A stretch of DNA of 63,589 nt, counting the filler, from Chiloscyllium plagiosum (lineage: Eukaryota), in assembly GCF_004010195.1 (NCBI RefSeq). It is 5 parts of one record of this genome, joined end to end, with 100 filler letters (N's around TTAATTAATTAA, not from the genome) between each part and the next. Parts side by side here need not be neighbours in the genome. Positions count along the whole stretch, not along the records: positions 13,842 to 32,379 come from NC_057714.1; positions 32,480 to 47,257 come from NC_057714.1; 3 more parts are not named here. The stretch is one strand, 5' to 3'. Each line of letters opens with the position of its first letter. The first letter of the stretch is position 1. Of this stretch, positions 25,201-38,845 are shown one piece after another. Under the pieces are notes generated by a model. The model did not search any database, had not been told where the DNA came from, and saw nothing but the letters and a program-made list of their open reading frames with translations. Position numbers and translations under genes: made by a program.

Positions 25201-25614
25201 ATCAAATCCCAAACCACCCAGCTATCGGGCCCCCACCCAACCATGCACCTACAAACTCACAGTTGCACCATCATAATGAATCTCCAAGTCTTCTGGGCCC
25301 CATATGAACCCCAAACCTTAACTTCGCATGAACTACAACAGCTATCCCTCAAGTCTGCAGTCACACACATGAACCCCATAATGTGCCAGAAAAAAAACCA
25401 TGTTGGGACTCCTCCAGTCCCCACCAAAAGCTTCAATCCTCATTCCCCGAACACAAGGAAACCCAACGTCCGCATCCTGATCAGATCCTGGCTCCTCCCA
25501 GAATCTCACTGAGATTAGGGGGATTGAGAGGGGGTTAAAACTGACCACATGGAGATGCTAATCCAAGGGGGTTATAGAGTCCGAGTCACAGCCTGCTGTG
25601 TCCCCCATACTAAC

Positions 25615-25719
25615 CAAAACTCCAGGGCTGACTGAGGGGGTAGGACTTTGTGGAACTGGTATAGTCCCTCTCAGGGTTTTCCCCTTCTTCAGTGACTTCA
25701 ACGCTGTTCGGACATGCTC
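25615..25719 (-). CDS. WDR97: WDR97 internal exon
   Basis: Acceptor ccttccttccacAG, donor GTTAGT; 105 nt, phase 0/0. Encodes EHVRTALKSLKKGKTLRGTIPVPQSPTPSVSPGVL. Confidence 0.7.
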
Positions 25720-26004
25720 CTGTGGAAGGAAGGAGAGGATGATCCACCACTTTATTCAGCATTGTCCAACCGTGAAACATTGAAGCCAAAGGAGGCCATT
25801 CTGCCCATTGAGTCAGTTTTGCCTTTCAATGAGATCAGGGTTAATCTGATCACCCTCAACTCCACTCTCCTGCCCTTTTCCCCATAACCCTCCATTCCCC
25901 TTCCTTATTAAACATCTGTATCTCTCAGCCTTCAATATATTGTATATACTGTTGCTTACAGCCTTGGCAGCTCTCTGTGATAAAAAATCCCAAAGATTCA
26001 CTTA

Positions 26005-26735
26005 TACACTTAATGGTAAGGTCCTGGGGGAGTGTTGCTCTACAAAGAGACCTTGGAGTGCAGGTTCTTAGCTCCTTGAAAGTGGAGTCGCAGGTAGATA
26101 GGATAGTGAGGAGGTGTTTGGTCAGTGTATTGAGTACAGGAGTTGGGAGGTCATGTTGCGGCTGTACAGAACATTGGTTAGGCCACTGTTGGAATATTGC
26201 ATGCAATTCTGGTCTCCTTCCTATCGGAAAGATGTTGTGAAACTTGAAAGGGTTCAGAAAAGATTTATAAGGATGTTGCCAGGGTTGGAGGATTTGAGCT
26301 ACAGGGAGAGGCTGAACAGACTGGGGCTGGTTTCCCTGGAGCATCGGAGGCTGAGGGGTGACCTTTAGGGGTTTATAAAATCATGAGGGGCATGGATAGG
26401 GTAAATAGGTAAAGTCTTTTCCCTGGAGTGGGAGAGTCCAGAACTTGAGGACATAAGTTTAGGGTGAGAGGGGAAAGATATAAAAAGGACCTACGGGGCA
26501 ACTTTTTCACACACAGGGTGGTACGTGTATGGAATGAGCTGCCAGAGGATGTGGTGGAGGCTGGTACAATTGCACCATTTAAGAGGCATTTGGATGGGTA
26601 TATGAATAAGAAGGGTTTGGAGGATATGGGCCGGGTGCTGGCAGGTGGGACTAGATTGGGTTGGGATATCTGGTCTGCATGGAGTTGGACCGAAGGGTCT
26701 CTTTCCATGCTGAACATCTCTATGACTCTCTATGA
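26005..26735 (+). mobile_element. CR1 LINE 3' end
   Basis: LYRTLVRPLLEYCMQFWSP...NFFTHRVVRVWNELP plus tail. Confidence 0.92.
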
Positions 26736-27707
26736 GGAGAAAAGAAATTCCTCCTCATCTCTGTCTTAAATGTGTGACTCCTTACTCTGAGATGATGTCC
26801 TCTGGTCCTAGATTCTCCCACAAAGGGGGAACCACTTCTCCACATCTCCCTCGTCAACTCCCCTAAGATTCTTGTGTTTCAATAAAGCAGCCTTTTCGTT
26901 CTTTCAAACTCCAGTGAGTACAGGCCCAGCCTACTCAATGTCTCCCTGATCTTGATTAGCCGAGTGAACCTTTTCTGGACTGCCTCCAATGCCTTAGATA
27001 AATATCTTGAACTAGGGAGAAGAAATAGCCCCGATTACTTCAGGCTGGTCCACCTAACTACAGTGATGGTCAAATTCTTGGAGGACATTCTCGGGGTCAA
27101 ACTGAGGCATCATGTAGAAGGACACAGATTGATTAGTGTTTATTACAGGAGTTTATAACAGGAAGCCAGAGCTGTCTGGTTTCACTAAGTTTGAATGAAC
27201 TTTCTTAATTAGGTAACACATAGGGCAGGAGCAGTAGGTTTTGTGGTGCAGTGGGTAGTGACCCTGCCTCTGAGCTAGAAGCTCCGATATCCCAGGACTT
27301 GATGGAAGGTGTGTTACTTGTGTGGACTGACAGACTGATAATGGCAGGTAGTGAGAGTCTCCTGGGCAGAAGTGGGCACTGCAGATGCTGGAGATTAGAG
27401 TCAAGATTAGAGTGGTGCTGGAAAAGCACAGCAGGTCAGGGAGCATCCGGGGAGCAGGAAAATCGACGTTTTGGGCAAAAGCCCTTCATCCAATTTTCCT
27501 GCTCCTCAGATGCTGCCTGACCTGCTGTGCTTTTCCAGCACCACTCTAAAAGTCAGAGTTTCCTGGTTAAGCAGCCTTGATGTGTGAGTGACCCTTCTGG
27601 GTATAGCCACCAACAGGGAAACACTTTCAGGAAAGCTGATGTAAATAAGTGCTCTATTCATAGCGCCAGGGACCAGGGTTCGATTCCAGCCTCTGGCGAA
27701 TGAGTTT

Positions 27708-28010
27708 AGGGTGGCTCAGTGGTTAGCACTGCTGCCTCACAGCACCAGGGTCCCAGGTTCAATTCCAGCCTCGGGCAACTGTCTGTGTGGAGTTCGCACA
27801 TTCTTCCTGTGTCTGTGTGGGTTTCCTCCGGGTTCCCTGGTTTCCTCCCACAGTTCAAGGATGTGCAGGTCAAGTGAATTGGCCATGCTAAATTGCCTGT
27901 AGTGTTAGGTACATTAGTCAGAGGGAAATGGGTCTGGGTGGGTTACTCTTCGGAGGGTCGGTGTGGACTGGTTGGGCCAAAGGGCCTGTTTCCATACTGT
28001 AGGGAATCAA
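27708..28010 (+). mobile_element. HE1-type (V-SINE) tRNA-derived SINE
   Basis: tggctcagtggttagcactgctgcctcacagc...ggttcaattcc head, central V-domain gtgtggagtt...gggtttcctccggg, and CR1-like tail. Confidence 0.85.
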
Positions 28011-29399
28011 ATTTTAAAAATCTAATCTGTGTTACACGTGTTGAGACACGGAATGTCTTCTGAAGTGCAACACATCAGGTCAATGTGTGTTTACATCAAT
28101 TATTGAGAGGTTGATGGAAGGAGGTATGAAATGTGGGCCGGAATATAGTGATAGCTGGACACTGTAGGTGGATGGACTTGTCAGGCAAGCAAATGGGAAA
28201 TGAAATTTGACCCAGAGAAGTGAGAGTTGATGCAGGTCAAATGGGACAAAGGGTCACAGAATGGATGGGAGGAGACAGAGAGGTGTAGAAGGAGTGAGGG
28301 ACCTTGGAGTTAATGTCTACAAATCCCTGAAGGCAGCAGGAGAGGTTTACCAAGTGTGTTCCTTTATTGGCAGAGGCAGAGATTGTTAAAGCAGGGGTCT
28401 GCATGAGTAAAGAAAATGGGAGTAGGCCCCAGAACTCTTCCGGAACTGAATAAAATACTAGTTAGATTACAGCTAGAGTACTGTGTACAGTGCTGTTCAC
28501 TGACATGTGATCACACAAGAGGGTACAAAGGAGATGAGGACTGAGGAACAGGCCATTCTGCCCCTTAAGTCTATTCCACCATTTAAATAGATCAGGGCTG
28601 ATCTTCTCCAAACCTTTAACTCCCTTGTCTTTAACTCAGCCTTGAGTAAAATCAATTACTATACACACACACGCACCCACACGCACATGCACACGCACAC
28701 TCACACAGGGCAGGTATCCTGTGGAGTTTGGAAGGAGCAATGATTTTGTTAAAACATAAGATTTTGAAGGAACTGGACAGGGTTAATACCAGGAGGATAC
28801 TTCCTCCTGTAAACAAAGCTAAAATTTGGGGCATGTTTTAAAAGAGGGACTATTATGGATGTGGATGTAGGTTTGCTCACTGAGCTGGAAGGTTCAGTTC
28901 CAGACGTTTCGTCACCCTACTCAGTAACATCTTCAGTGAGCCTCTGGACGAAGCACTGCTGATAATTCCTGCTTTCTATTTATATGTTTGGGTTTCTTTG
29001 GGTTGGTGATGTCATTTGCTGTGGTGATGTCATTTCCTGTTATTTTTCTCAGTGGGTGGTAGATGGGGTCTAACTCGATGTGTTATTATTTTTAATAACT
29101 ATTATTTTTAAACTGAGTTGAGGAGAGATTTCCTCTCTTTCCTCAGTTGCTGGACTCCTCTTCCAAAAAAGGTAGTTGGCCGGGGGGTTGCTCCAGATCA
29201 GCCGTGATCATATTGAACAGCAGAGCGGGCTCAAAGGGCCGAATGGCCTCCTCCTCCATTTCAGAAATGGCACATTTCGCACAACTTGGTCGAGCTTGGT
29301 TCACAATAACGTAATTATTGACAGCCGAACCAATGACCCCCCGACAACCGATTGATCATTCACTGCCGCGCGCTATCTACCCCCACCACAACCTGTTAC

Positions 29400-29568
29400 C
29401 TTGAATTTCCGAGTCCATTTCTTGAGCCAGGTGCTGCTTAAATGCCGGAGTTTTTCCTTGCTGGAGCTCTTGGCCTCATCAAAGGCGATCCACGAATTCA
29501 TCTCCGTCTCAAAGAAATTGTGAGGATCGATCAATCCAATGTCAGCAAGAAGCAGCATGATGCTGTTT
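29400..29568 (-). CDS. WDR97: WDR97 internal exon
   Basis: Acceptor ttctgtcccAG, donor GTAACA. Encodes NSIMLLLADIGLIDPHNFFETEMNSWIAFDEAKSSSKEKLRHLSSTWLKKWTRKFK, resembling recalled human WDR97 LGLQDPEGFLFKEMMTWV...SKAGLR. Confidence 0.85.
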
Positions 29569-30050
29569 CTGGGACAGAAACCAGGGAGAGACCAGAGAAC
29601 AGTGAATGGGCTCTTTACTCTTTTGGTAAACTCAACATTGGCTCACGGGTGTGTGCCTGGGCTAGTTAATCTAGACACCCAGGGGGGAACAGGTTCAAAT
29701 CCCACCACATTTACATTTATTTAATAAAATCTGGAATTGAAAGCTAGTCTCCGTGGTAGTGTCTCTGATCAGTTGCTATAAAACTCCACCTGGTTCACTA
29801 ATGTCCTTTAGGGAAGGAAACTGCTATTCCTACCTGGTCTGACCTACACGTGACTCCAGACCCACAGGTTGTGGTGGCATGAAGGGGTGAAGGGTCATGG
29901 CTGAGGGAACAGTCTCTTCAGAGGGAAAAGCACAGTTTTTGGAAGTTTGGAAGAGTTTGAAAGTTTGTGGAAACGATGGAGAAGGATAATTCCATTGCAG
30001 GAGGAGGTTGTTCGGGAAGGGCTGAGGGAGCTGGGGTAGATGTGGCTAAT

Positions 30051-30431
30051 GCTGAAAATGTGTTGCTGGAAAAGCAGGTCAGGCAGCATCCAAGGAACAG
30101 GAGAATCGATGTTTTGGGCATGAACCAGCGAATGGCTATCACCTGTTGTGTTGAGTTGAAACCAATGTGGTGTGCGTATGGTCTTCCTGTCTGAAAAGTA
30201 CAGGACCGTGTGTATTAATATACCGAGCTCCCAGTCAACACTGTTCATCAGATTTGACAATTCTACATGAGTCACAGCCAACAGGGTGAGATGGAGAGGG
30301 GATGTGAGGGTGAGGCTCGTGCCCGAAACGTCGATTCTCCTGCTCCTTGGATGCTGCCTGACCTGCTGCGCTTTTCCAGCAACACATTTTCAGCTCTGAT
30401 CTCCAGCATCTGCAGACCTCACTTTCTCCTC
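30051..30431. mobile_element. Penelope-type inverted terminal-repeat insertion with captured filler and 15-bp TSD
   Basis: Arms 30051-30120 and about 30320-30431 are inverted; TSD gtagat(g/a)tggctaat at 30036-30050 and 30432-30446. Confidence 0.75.
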
Positions 30432-30834
30432 GTAGATATGGCTAATGGCCCTGTCAGCCACAGTGGGGGGAGTGATCAATTCTGGGAACAGCCTGGTGGA
30501 AGGTGACATCATCAGGACAATTTGGGAAAATGGAATGGAATCCGCGCAGGAAGCAGGGTGTGGAGAGCAGCCTGTGGAGGTTGGTGGGTTTGTAAGGAAA
30601 CCGAAACTGAGGAAGGGAACATAGTACTGAGGTGGACCAGGTGAAAATTGGAAATATTATCAATCACTTCACTTCCAGGTGGGAACAGGAAGCAGCACTG
30701 ATACACTAGTCAAGAGATGACAGCTGGGAGCCATATACGTACACCTTTTATTCGGTGAGAGTGAGTAATTATGAAAGGCAAATTGATCAAAGTGAGAATG
30801 ATGACGGTCTGATGGATGAGGGTGGTTGTGGACA

Positions 30835-31170
30835 GAGTCATAGAGTCATAGTGATGTACAGCATGGAAACAGACCCTTCGGTCCAACCCGTCCATGCTGA
30901 CCAGATATCCCAACCCAATCTAGTACCACCTGCCAGCACCCGGCCCATATCCCTCCAAACCCTTCCTATTCATACACCCATCCAAATGCCTCTTAAATGT
31001 TGCAATTGTACCAGCCTCCACCACTTCCTCTGGCAGCTCATTCCATACACGTACCACCCTCTGCTTGAAAACGTTGTCCCTTAGGTCTCTTTTATATCTT
31101 TCCCCTCTCACCCTAAACCTATACCCTCTAGTTCTGGACTCCCCACCCCAGGGAAAAGACTTTGTCTACT
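30835..31170 (-). mobile_element. CR1 LINE 3' end
   Basis: RGERYKRDLR...VVRVWNELPEEVVEA plus tail. Confidence 0.9.
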
Positions 31171-31729
31171 TATTTGGCTGTAACAGACTGCTCCTTATTT
31201 TGAGGTGTTGGAGGTGATTTCCCTGAATTCCTGGAGCAGTGATTACTGTTTTATATGCTGTTGCATGTTTTTTCTCCAAAGTTCCAAAACAAAGTCAAAA
31301 CAGCAGCACTTTTGAAAGGGAGAGGAACAGACAAAGGAAGCACGTGGTGAGGTCAGTGCAGGAGAGAGAGAGAGAGATTGAGAGAAGCCCACATTGCTAA
31401 CTGACACAGCAGTGAACATGCACAGTTACTGCTTTAACTGTTTGAATTCATGTATCACTGGACATCTGGGAAAATTAACAAACAGCGAAATTCATAACTG
31501 ATCTTTGAGGAACCTGTTTGGGAGAGGTCACAGCACAGAAACAGATAAGTGAACACTTTTAAGTATAGCTTTGCTGTAAATTTACAATAGTGAGTAAAGT
31601 GGGCTCTTTCTTAATTATATGCTTTATTGAGATACGTCTCTGAAGTCACAAGTATTAAGTTAGTCTGGAGCAGTGTTTTGTAGAGGAATAAGACAGTGCT
31701 ATTTTCTGGGTCTGTAGATTGAAAGAAGC

Positions 31730-33695
31730 AAAAATGGCCTTTAGTAGAGTGATATGTTCTTGGTGGATGTGGGAGAGGATTATATCTGCAATAAATGCCG
31801 GTGGGGAATTCACAGGAGTTAAGGGGTGCGATAGATGGCAGTTATAGGAAGGGAGAAAAGCTGCAGATCCAGTCAGGTAGATGGGTTAACTCCAGGAAAG
31901 TTAGGAGGGGTAAGTGGGTGGTGCAGGAGTCTTCTGTGGCTATCCCCATCTCAAACAGGTATGCTGTTTTGGAAAATGTAGGGGGTGATGGACTCTCAGG
32001 GAATGTAGCATGAACAGCCAGGTTTCTGGTATTGAGACTGGCTCTAATGCAATGAGGGGTACGTCGGGTTCCAAGAGATTGACTGTGTTAGGGGATTCTC
32101 TAGTCCGAGGCACAGACAGACGTTTCTGTGGCCAGCAGAGAAAAAGCAGAATGGTGTATTGTTTCCCTGGTGCCAGGATCAAGGATGTCTCAGAGAGGGT
32201 GCAGAATGTTCTCACGGGAGAGAGGGGCCAGCAAGAGGTCATTGTCCACATTGGAACCAACGACATTGGAAGGGAAAAGGTTGAGACTCTGAAGGGAGAT
32301 TACAGAGAGTTAGGCAGAAATTTAAAAAGGAGGTCCTCAAGGGTAGTAATATCTGGATTACTCCCAGCGCTACGAGCTANNNNNNNNNNNNNNNNNNNNN
32401 NNNNNNNNNNNNNNNNNNNNNNNTTAATTAATTAANNNNNNNNNNNNNNNNNNNNNNNNNNNNNNNNNNNNNNNNNNNNCTACTAGAGAAGGTGCAAAAC
32501 CTGACCTACTCTTGGGAAATAAGGCAGGGCAGGTGACTGAGGTGTCAGTGGGGGAGCACTTTGGGGCCAGCAACCATAATTCTATTAGATTTAAAATAGT
32601 GATGGAAAAGGATAGACCAGATCTAACAGTTGCAGTTCTAAATTGGAGAAAGGCTAATTTTGACGGCAAGAACTTTCTAAAGCTGATTGGGGCAGATGTA
32701 CTGCCTTGTAACGTTAAGGACAAAAGGGTAACTCGGGAGAGAATAGGGCCCCTCAAAGATCAGCAAGGCAGCTTTTGTGTGGAGCTGCAGGAGATGGGGG
32801 AGATACTAAATGAGTATTTTGCATCAGTATTTACTGTGGAGAAGGACATGGAAGATGTAGACTGTGGGGAAATAGATCGGGACTTCTTGAAAAATGTCCA
32901 TATTACAGAGGAGGAAGTGCTGGATGTCTTGAAACACACAAAAGTGAATAAATCCCCAGGACCTGATCAGGTGTACCCTAGAACTCTGTGGGAAGCTCGG
33001 GAAGTGATTGCTGGGCCTCTTGCTGAGATATTTGTATCATCGCTAGTCACAGGTGAGGTGCCGGAAGACTGGAGGTTGACTAACGTGATGCCACTGTTTA
33101 AGAAGGGCGGTAAAGACAAGCCAGGGAACTATAGACCAGAGACCCTGATGTCAGTGGTGGGCAAGTTGTTGGAGGGAATCCTGAGGGACAGGATGTACAT
33201 GTATTTTGAAAGGCAAGAAATGATTAGGGATGGTCAACATGGCTTTGTGTGTGGGAAACCATGTCTCACAAATTTGATTGAGTTTTTTGAAGAAGTAACA
33301 AAGAGGATTGATCAGGGTAGAGCAGTAGATGTGATCTATATGGACTTCAGTAAGGCGTTCGACAAGGTTCCCCATGGGAGACTGGTTAGCAAGGTTAGAT
33401 CTCATCGAATACAGGGAGAACGAGCCATTTGGATACAGAACTGGCTCAAAGGTAGAAGACAGAGGGTGGTGGTGGAGAGTTGTTTTTCAGACTGGAGGCC
33501 TGTGACCAGTGGAGTGCCACAAGGATCGGTGCTGGATCCACTACTTTTTATCATTTATATAAATGATTTGGATGTGAGCATAAGAGGTACAGTTAGTAAG
33601 TTTGTGGATGACACCAAAATTGGAGGTGTAGAGGACAGCGAAGAGGGTCACCTCAGATTACAACAGGATCTGGACCAGATGGGCCAATGGGCCAA
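31730..33695 (+). mobile_element. CR1 LINE: ORF1 (SGNH esterase-like) and ORF2 RT fragments either side of an assembly spacer
   Basis: VLGDSLVRG...CFPGARI...VHIGTND in ORF1; KSPGPD, NYRP, DFSKAFDKVPH, GVPQGS and FVDDTK in the 442-aa ORF. Confidence 0.93.
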
Positions 33696-34809
33696 GGATA
33701 GGAACATTGAGTTCCCTATTCCAGGCCTCTCAGATTGTATTAGTGACGGATGGAACTGTAGAGAGATTGATGTATATATTGTGAAATGGCATTGGTTGGA
33801 GGCTGGGAAACTAAGTTACAGTGATGGAGGCATTGAATGAGTCAGAGATATATGTAGGAATAAAGCAGGGTGAACCTGCTCAAAAGTCAAGATGGGAAGA
33901 AATCTGTTCAATGGGACGGTGACAGACTGAAGTGATAGGTGTACCAAGGAAGGAGGTAAAAGTGGGGGGGTGAGGGGGGGCGCAGGGGAGCTATGATGCT
34001 AAGAGGGAAGGTTACCAGAGAAGATGAGGTGAGCAGCCTGGAGGCAATAGTTTGATGTTTGTTTACGGTCCACAAGTCCATGGAGGAAGTGTCAGAGAAC
34101 TGTTATCCCAGTCTGACGTCTCTGTCCTCAACCTGACACAGTGACAGCTCGAGAAACAACATGTCATAGTTTGACTGGGGACTGTACAGCCTTCTCGATT
34201 CCAAATCCCTCCAATTTGAGATTTGTACCTTTGCTCCCATTTCATTTTGTAACGTCTTTGCTGCTTTATATTCTCTCTCTGTCTCTCTCTCTCACATTCT
34301 GATAACTTTCTGTTTCAATGGAATTTTTTCACCTTCCTTCCATTACACTCCTCGAGACAGTTTTTTTGTTTCTTTATGTGTCCCTTTGCTGTTGCACCGT
34401 GAAATATTTTCTTGTTTAATCTCACCTCTCTCTATCCAATCTCAGACTTTTTTTTTAGATTACTTGCAGTGTGGAAACAGGCCCTTCGGCCCAACAAGTC
34501 CACACCGACCCGCCAAAGCGCAACCCACCCATACCCATACATTTACCCCTTACCTAATACTATGGGCAATTTAGCATGGCCTATTCACCTGACCTGCACA
34601 TCTTTGGACTGTGGGAGGAATTTTCTCATTACTTCCTCCCTCACCCCCTTTCTTCCACCCACTGAAAACTTAATACACGTCTAATCTTTCCTGGTTCTGA
34701 TGGGTTTCATCTCCAGCTGAAACCGTTAACATGCTGTCTCATCTGCTGAAATATTTATTGCATTTTCTATTTTCAACCCCCTACCTTCCATCTTTTGTAA
34801 ACTTCATTC

Positions 34810-35335
34810 ATAGAGCATAGAACGTAGTATAGTACAGCACAGTACAGGCCTTTCGGCCCTCGATGTTCTGCCAGCCTTTTATCCCACTCTAAGATTAGAC
34901 TAACCTACATACCCTTCATTGTACTATCTTCCATTTATCTATCCAAGAGTCTCTTAAGTGTCCTGAATGTCTCTGACTCTACTCCCACTGCTGGCAGTGC
35001 ATTCCACACACCCACCACTCTGAATAAACCACCTCTGACATCTCCCATTAACCTTCCTCCAATAACCTGAAAATGATGCCGCCTTGTGATAGCCATTTCC
35101 ACCCTGGGAAAAAGTCTCTAGCAATCCACTCTATCTCTGCCTCTCATCATCTTGTACACCTCTATCAAGTCGCCGCTCACCCTCCTTCGCTCCAATGAGA
35201 AAAGCCCTCGCTCCCTCAAGCTTTCGTCATAAGACATGCCCTCCAGTCCAGGCAGCATCCTGGCTAATCTCCTCGGCACACTCTGTAAAGCTTCCACAAC
35301 CTTCCTATGATGAGGTGACCAGAACTGAACACAAT
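34810..35335 (-). mobile_element. CR1 LINE 3' end
   Basis: CVQFWSPHHRK...LFSLERRR. Confidence 0.88.
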
Positions 35336-36560
35336 TCAATTTGCTGACTGTGGATCAGTGGTGCTGGAAGAGCACAGCAATTCAGGCAGCATCTGAGGAC
35401 AGGCAAAATCGACATTTCGGGCAAAAGCCCTTTTACCTTTACCTAATTTGCTGACTGTGTTCTTCTTTGCTCTGTCCTCCCCAGCCCCCACACCCCCTTT
35501 CTCACTCACCTACATTGGCTCCTGGTTTGGTAATTCCCCCATTTTAATATTCTCTGATTCCCTCTGAATCAGACCCTCCACAATTTTGCCCTATGCTTCA
35601 TTCTATAATAATATCCTCCTGCCCTGAGCTCTCTACACTTTGCCAAATCTGGACTTTGCATAGCACCAGTTTCTGCTGTTAATCACCATACTTCGTGCCG
35701 CTAACTGATAATCCTCAATTCCCTCCCGAAACCAATCCACCTCTATCGCATTTCTCTCCTTTAAGACAGCTCTTAAACCTGGAACCTGATGACCTTCTGT
35801 AGCTCAGAGACAGTCGCACAGAGAGACTGTGCAGGCTGGAGATACCACTGACCAATAGTGGCTGGAGATTCTGCAGCAAGTAAATTCTGTCATCATCTTC
35901 CCAAATCCTGCACTCTGGATCTCACATCCTCAATGGAGAGATCCTGCCCCATGTGGACTGCCCAATCACATAAAGAACCATAGGATAATCTCACAACCAG
36001 GAGTGAATTCCATCCCAAAATCGAGGGATAGTTTTTTTGACAACAATGAGCTCTCCAAAACCTGCCTGCTCATGCAGTCATGGGTAACATATTGGCATGG
36101 AGAGATGATTGGCTGGCTAACAGGAAGCAGAGAGTGGGAATAAATGGGTCTCTCTCAGGCCGGCCGTGCTGTGCCACTGGGGTCAATGCTGGGACTCCAA
36201 CTCTTACAATTAACGAAAATGATTTGGAGGAAGGAGTTACGTTTGCTGATGAAACATGGGTAGATTGGAAAGTGAGGAAATAAGGAGCCTACAAAGGGAT
36301 GTAGACAGGTTCAGTCAATGGGCAAAAACCTCGCAAATGGTGGACAGTGTGGGAAAATGTGAAATTATCCACTTCGGCAGAAGAACAAAAAAGAAAGCAC
36401 ATTATCCAAATGGTGAGAGGGTGCAGAGCTCTAAGATACAGAGGGATCTGGGTTAGCGAGCTTTGAGAAGATTTGTAGCTCAGGTTGAGGTTCTGGATGT
36501 AGGTTTGCTCGCTGAGCTGGAAGGTTCATTTTCAGACGTTTTGTCACCATACTAAGTAAC

Positions 36561-36853
36561 TAGATTACTTACAGTGTGGAAACAGGCCCTTCGGCCCAAC
36601 AAGTCCAAACCGACCCTCCGAAGCGCAACCCACCCAGACCTATCACCTACATTTACCCTTTCACCTAACACTATGGGTAATTTAGCATGGTCAATTCACC
36701 TAACCTGCACATTCTTGGATTGTGGGAGGAAACCCACACAGACACTGGGAGAATGTGCAAACTCCACACAGTCAGTCGCCTGAGGTGGGAATTGAACCCG
36801 GGTCTCTGGCGCTGTGAGGCAGCAGTGCTAACCACTGTGCCACCGTGCCGCCC
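36561..36853 (-). mobile_element. HE1-type SINE inserted into a Penelope-type repeat
   Basis: Minus-strand head gggcggcacggtggcacagtggttagcactgctgcctcacagc; splits ...agtaac|atcttcag with aac duplicated (compare the uninterrupted copy at 28920-28936). Confidence 0.85.
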
Positions 36854-37906
36854 AACATCTTCAGTGAGCCTCCAGATGAAGCACTGGTGGCATGGTCCGC
36901 TTTCTATTTATGTGTTTAGGTTTCCTTGGGTTGGTGATGTCATTTCCTGTGGTGCTGTCATTTCCTGTTCTTTTCTCAGGGTGTGGTAAATGGGATCCAA
37001 GTCAATGTGCTTGTTGATAGAGTTCCAGTTGGAATGCCGTGCTTCCAGGAATTTTCATGCGTGCCTCTGTTTGGCTTGTCCTAGGATGGATTTGTTGTTC
37101 AGTCAATGTACCAGGCGTTCCAGGAACTCAATCAACAATGCGCTGGGGACACCACATCTGGAGCACACTGAGCAGTTTTGCTCCTGTTATTTAAGGGAAT
37201 ATATTATTTCATTGGAGGTAGCTCACAGAAGCTTCAGCAGGATGACCCCTGTTATGGAGGGATTGTTCTATGAGCCAAAGTTAAACAGGTTGGGACTCTA
37301 CTCCCTGGGGTTGAGGAGAATGAGAGGGGATCTCACCGAAACATATCCGATTGTCAACGTGCTTGACAGGGTCAAGGCTGGGAGGATGTTTCCCCTCATG
37401 GGAGTGTCTAGGGCCAGAGGGCACTGTCTCAGAATAAAGGGGCACCGACTGGAGGCTGAGGTGGGGAGCGAATTCCTTCTCTCAGAGGATTGAGAGTCTT
37501 TGGAACTCCTTGCCACAGGGAGCTGTGGGGCATTGTTCTTGTTTATGTTTAAGGCTGAGATCGAGGGATTTCTTGATTAGTCGGGGAATCAAGGAGATGG
37601 TCAGGCAAGTGGACATCAGGAATGTGTCAGATCAGCCGTGATTCTATTGAATGCCAGAGCAGGTTCGAGGGGTTGAATGGCCTACATTTACTAAGTCCTG
37701 ATGAGCAATGGAATGTTCCCCACTTGCCCTGGATGGGGGCAGCTCCAACAACACGCGAGAAGCTTGACACCATCCAGGACAAAGCAGCACATCCACAAGC
37801 ATCCCCTCCCTCCACCACCTCGCAATTCACTAGGGATGGATAATAACTGCTGGTTTTGCTGATGATGGGGAAGTGCTGGTGTTGCACTGGGGTAGACAAT
37901 GTCAGA

Positions 37907-38122
37907 ATTAGAGTGGTGCTGGAAAAGCACAGCAGGTCAGGCAGCATCTGAGGAGCAGGAAAATCAACATTTCGGGCAAAAGCCTTGGCTTCATTCCTGA
38001 TGAAGGGCTTTTGCCCGAAACATCGATTTTCCTGCTCCTCGGATGCTGCCTGACCTGCTGTGCTTTTCCAGCACCACTCTAATCTAGACTCTGGTTTCCA
38101 GCATCTGCAGTCCTCACTTTTG
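37907..38122. mobile_element. Penelope-type inverted terminal repeat with hammerhead core
   Basis: Inverted arms; CTGATGA-agggcttttgccc-GAAAC at 37997-38021. Confidence 0.75.
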
Positions 38123-38582
38123 TCTGGACAAAGTCAGAAGTCACATGATACCAGGTTATAGTCCATGTGACACCTCACCTGTTGAAGGGGCAGCGCTCCG
38201 AAAGCTTGTGATCTCAAATAAACCTGTTGCACTATCACCTGGTGTGGTGTGATTTCTGGTTTTGCTAATGACATCATACCCTCAGAAGGAATTAATGAAC
38301 ACTTGGCTGAAAAGAGAGATATGTACCAACGTTTCTCAGCTTTGCACTCATCAGGATTGATAGCAAGAATTTCAAACAATCACAACACTTTATACTGCAG
38401 GTGAAAAGGGCACTGATTGGTCAATAAGGCAAAACAGCAATTGGCTGAGATTTGGGGATTTGGTATTCTTGCGATTCAATCCTGACGAAGGATGAAAAGC
38501 TCCAATAGTGTCTGTGTATAATCAATATTCAATACCCGGGCCATGTAACCTTTCCCCTCCCTTTTGTTGTGAGTTTACAAAC

Positions 38583-38704
38583 CTGAGCAGAATGTCTGAC
38601 TGAAGGTACTGAGCCATTAACTCCACCAGCAGCTCCTGGCTGTTTGGTGTTAACTCCTTCAGAGCCCACAGAGCAGCACGGATAAAATGTTCCTGTGGCT
38701 GGAA
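38583..38704 (-). CDS. WDR97: WDR97 internal exon (most 5' exon found)
   Basis: Acceptor tttgtttgcAG, donor GTTTGT. Encodes FQPQEHFIRAALWALKELTPNSQELLVELMAQYLQSDILL(R); its phase-2 end fits the 29568 exon. Confidence 0.8.
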
Positions 38705-38845
38705 CTGCAAACAAAAACAAAATGAAAATCATTACAGAAACCACCACAAAACAACATCCTGCAAAGGAAAAGGAAATAAAATGCTGCAGCTACTCGTAAT
38801 CTGAAACTTGAAACCAGAAATACTGATGGTCTCAGGGAGCCTACA

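Noticed and set aside
25425..25508. Possible extra WDR97 exon (VRFWEEPGSDQDAD)
   Set aside because: Needs phase 1, but the upstream exon ends in phase 0, which would give an immediate TGA; the flanking exons join in frame without it.
27708..27775. tRNA-like sequence
   Set aside because: Head of an HE1-type SINE continuing into the V-domain; not a tRNA gene.
32512..33840. 442-aa ORF, the longest in the window
   Set aside because: CR1 ORF2 reverse-transcriptase fragment with an apparent internal deletion and read-through into unrelated sequence; not a host gene.
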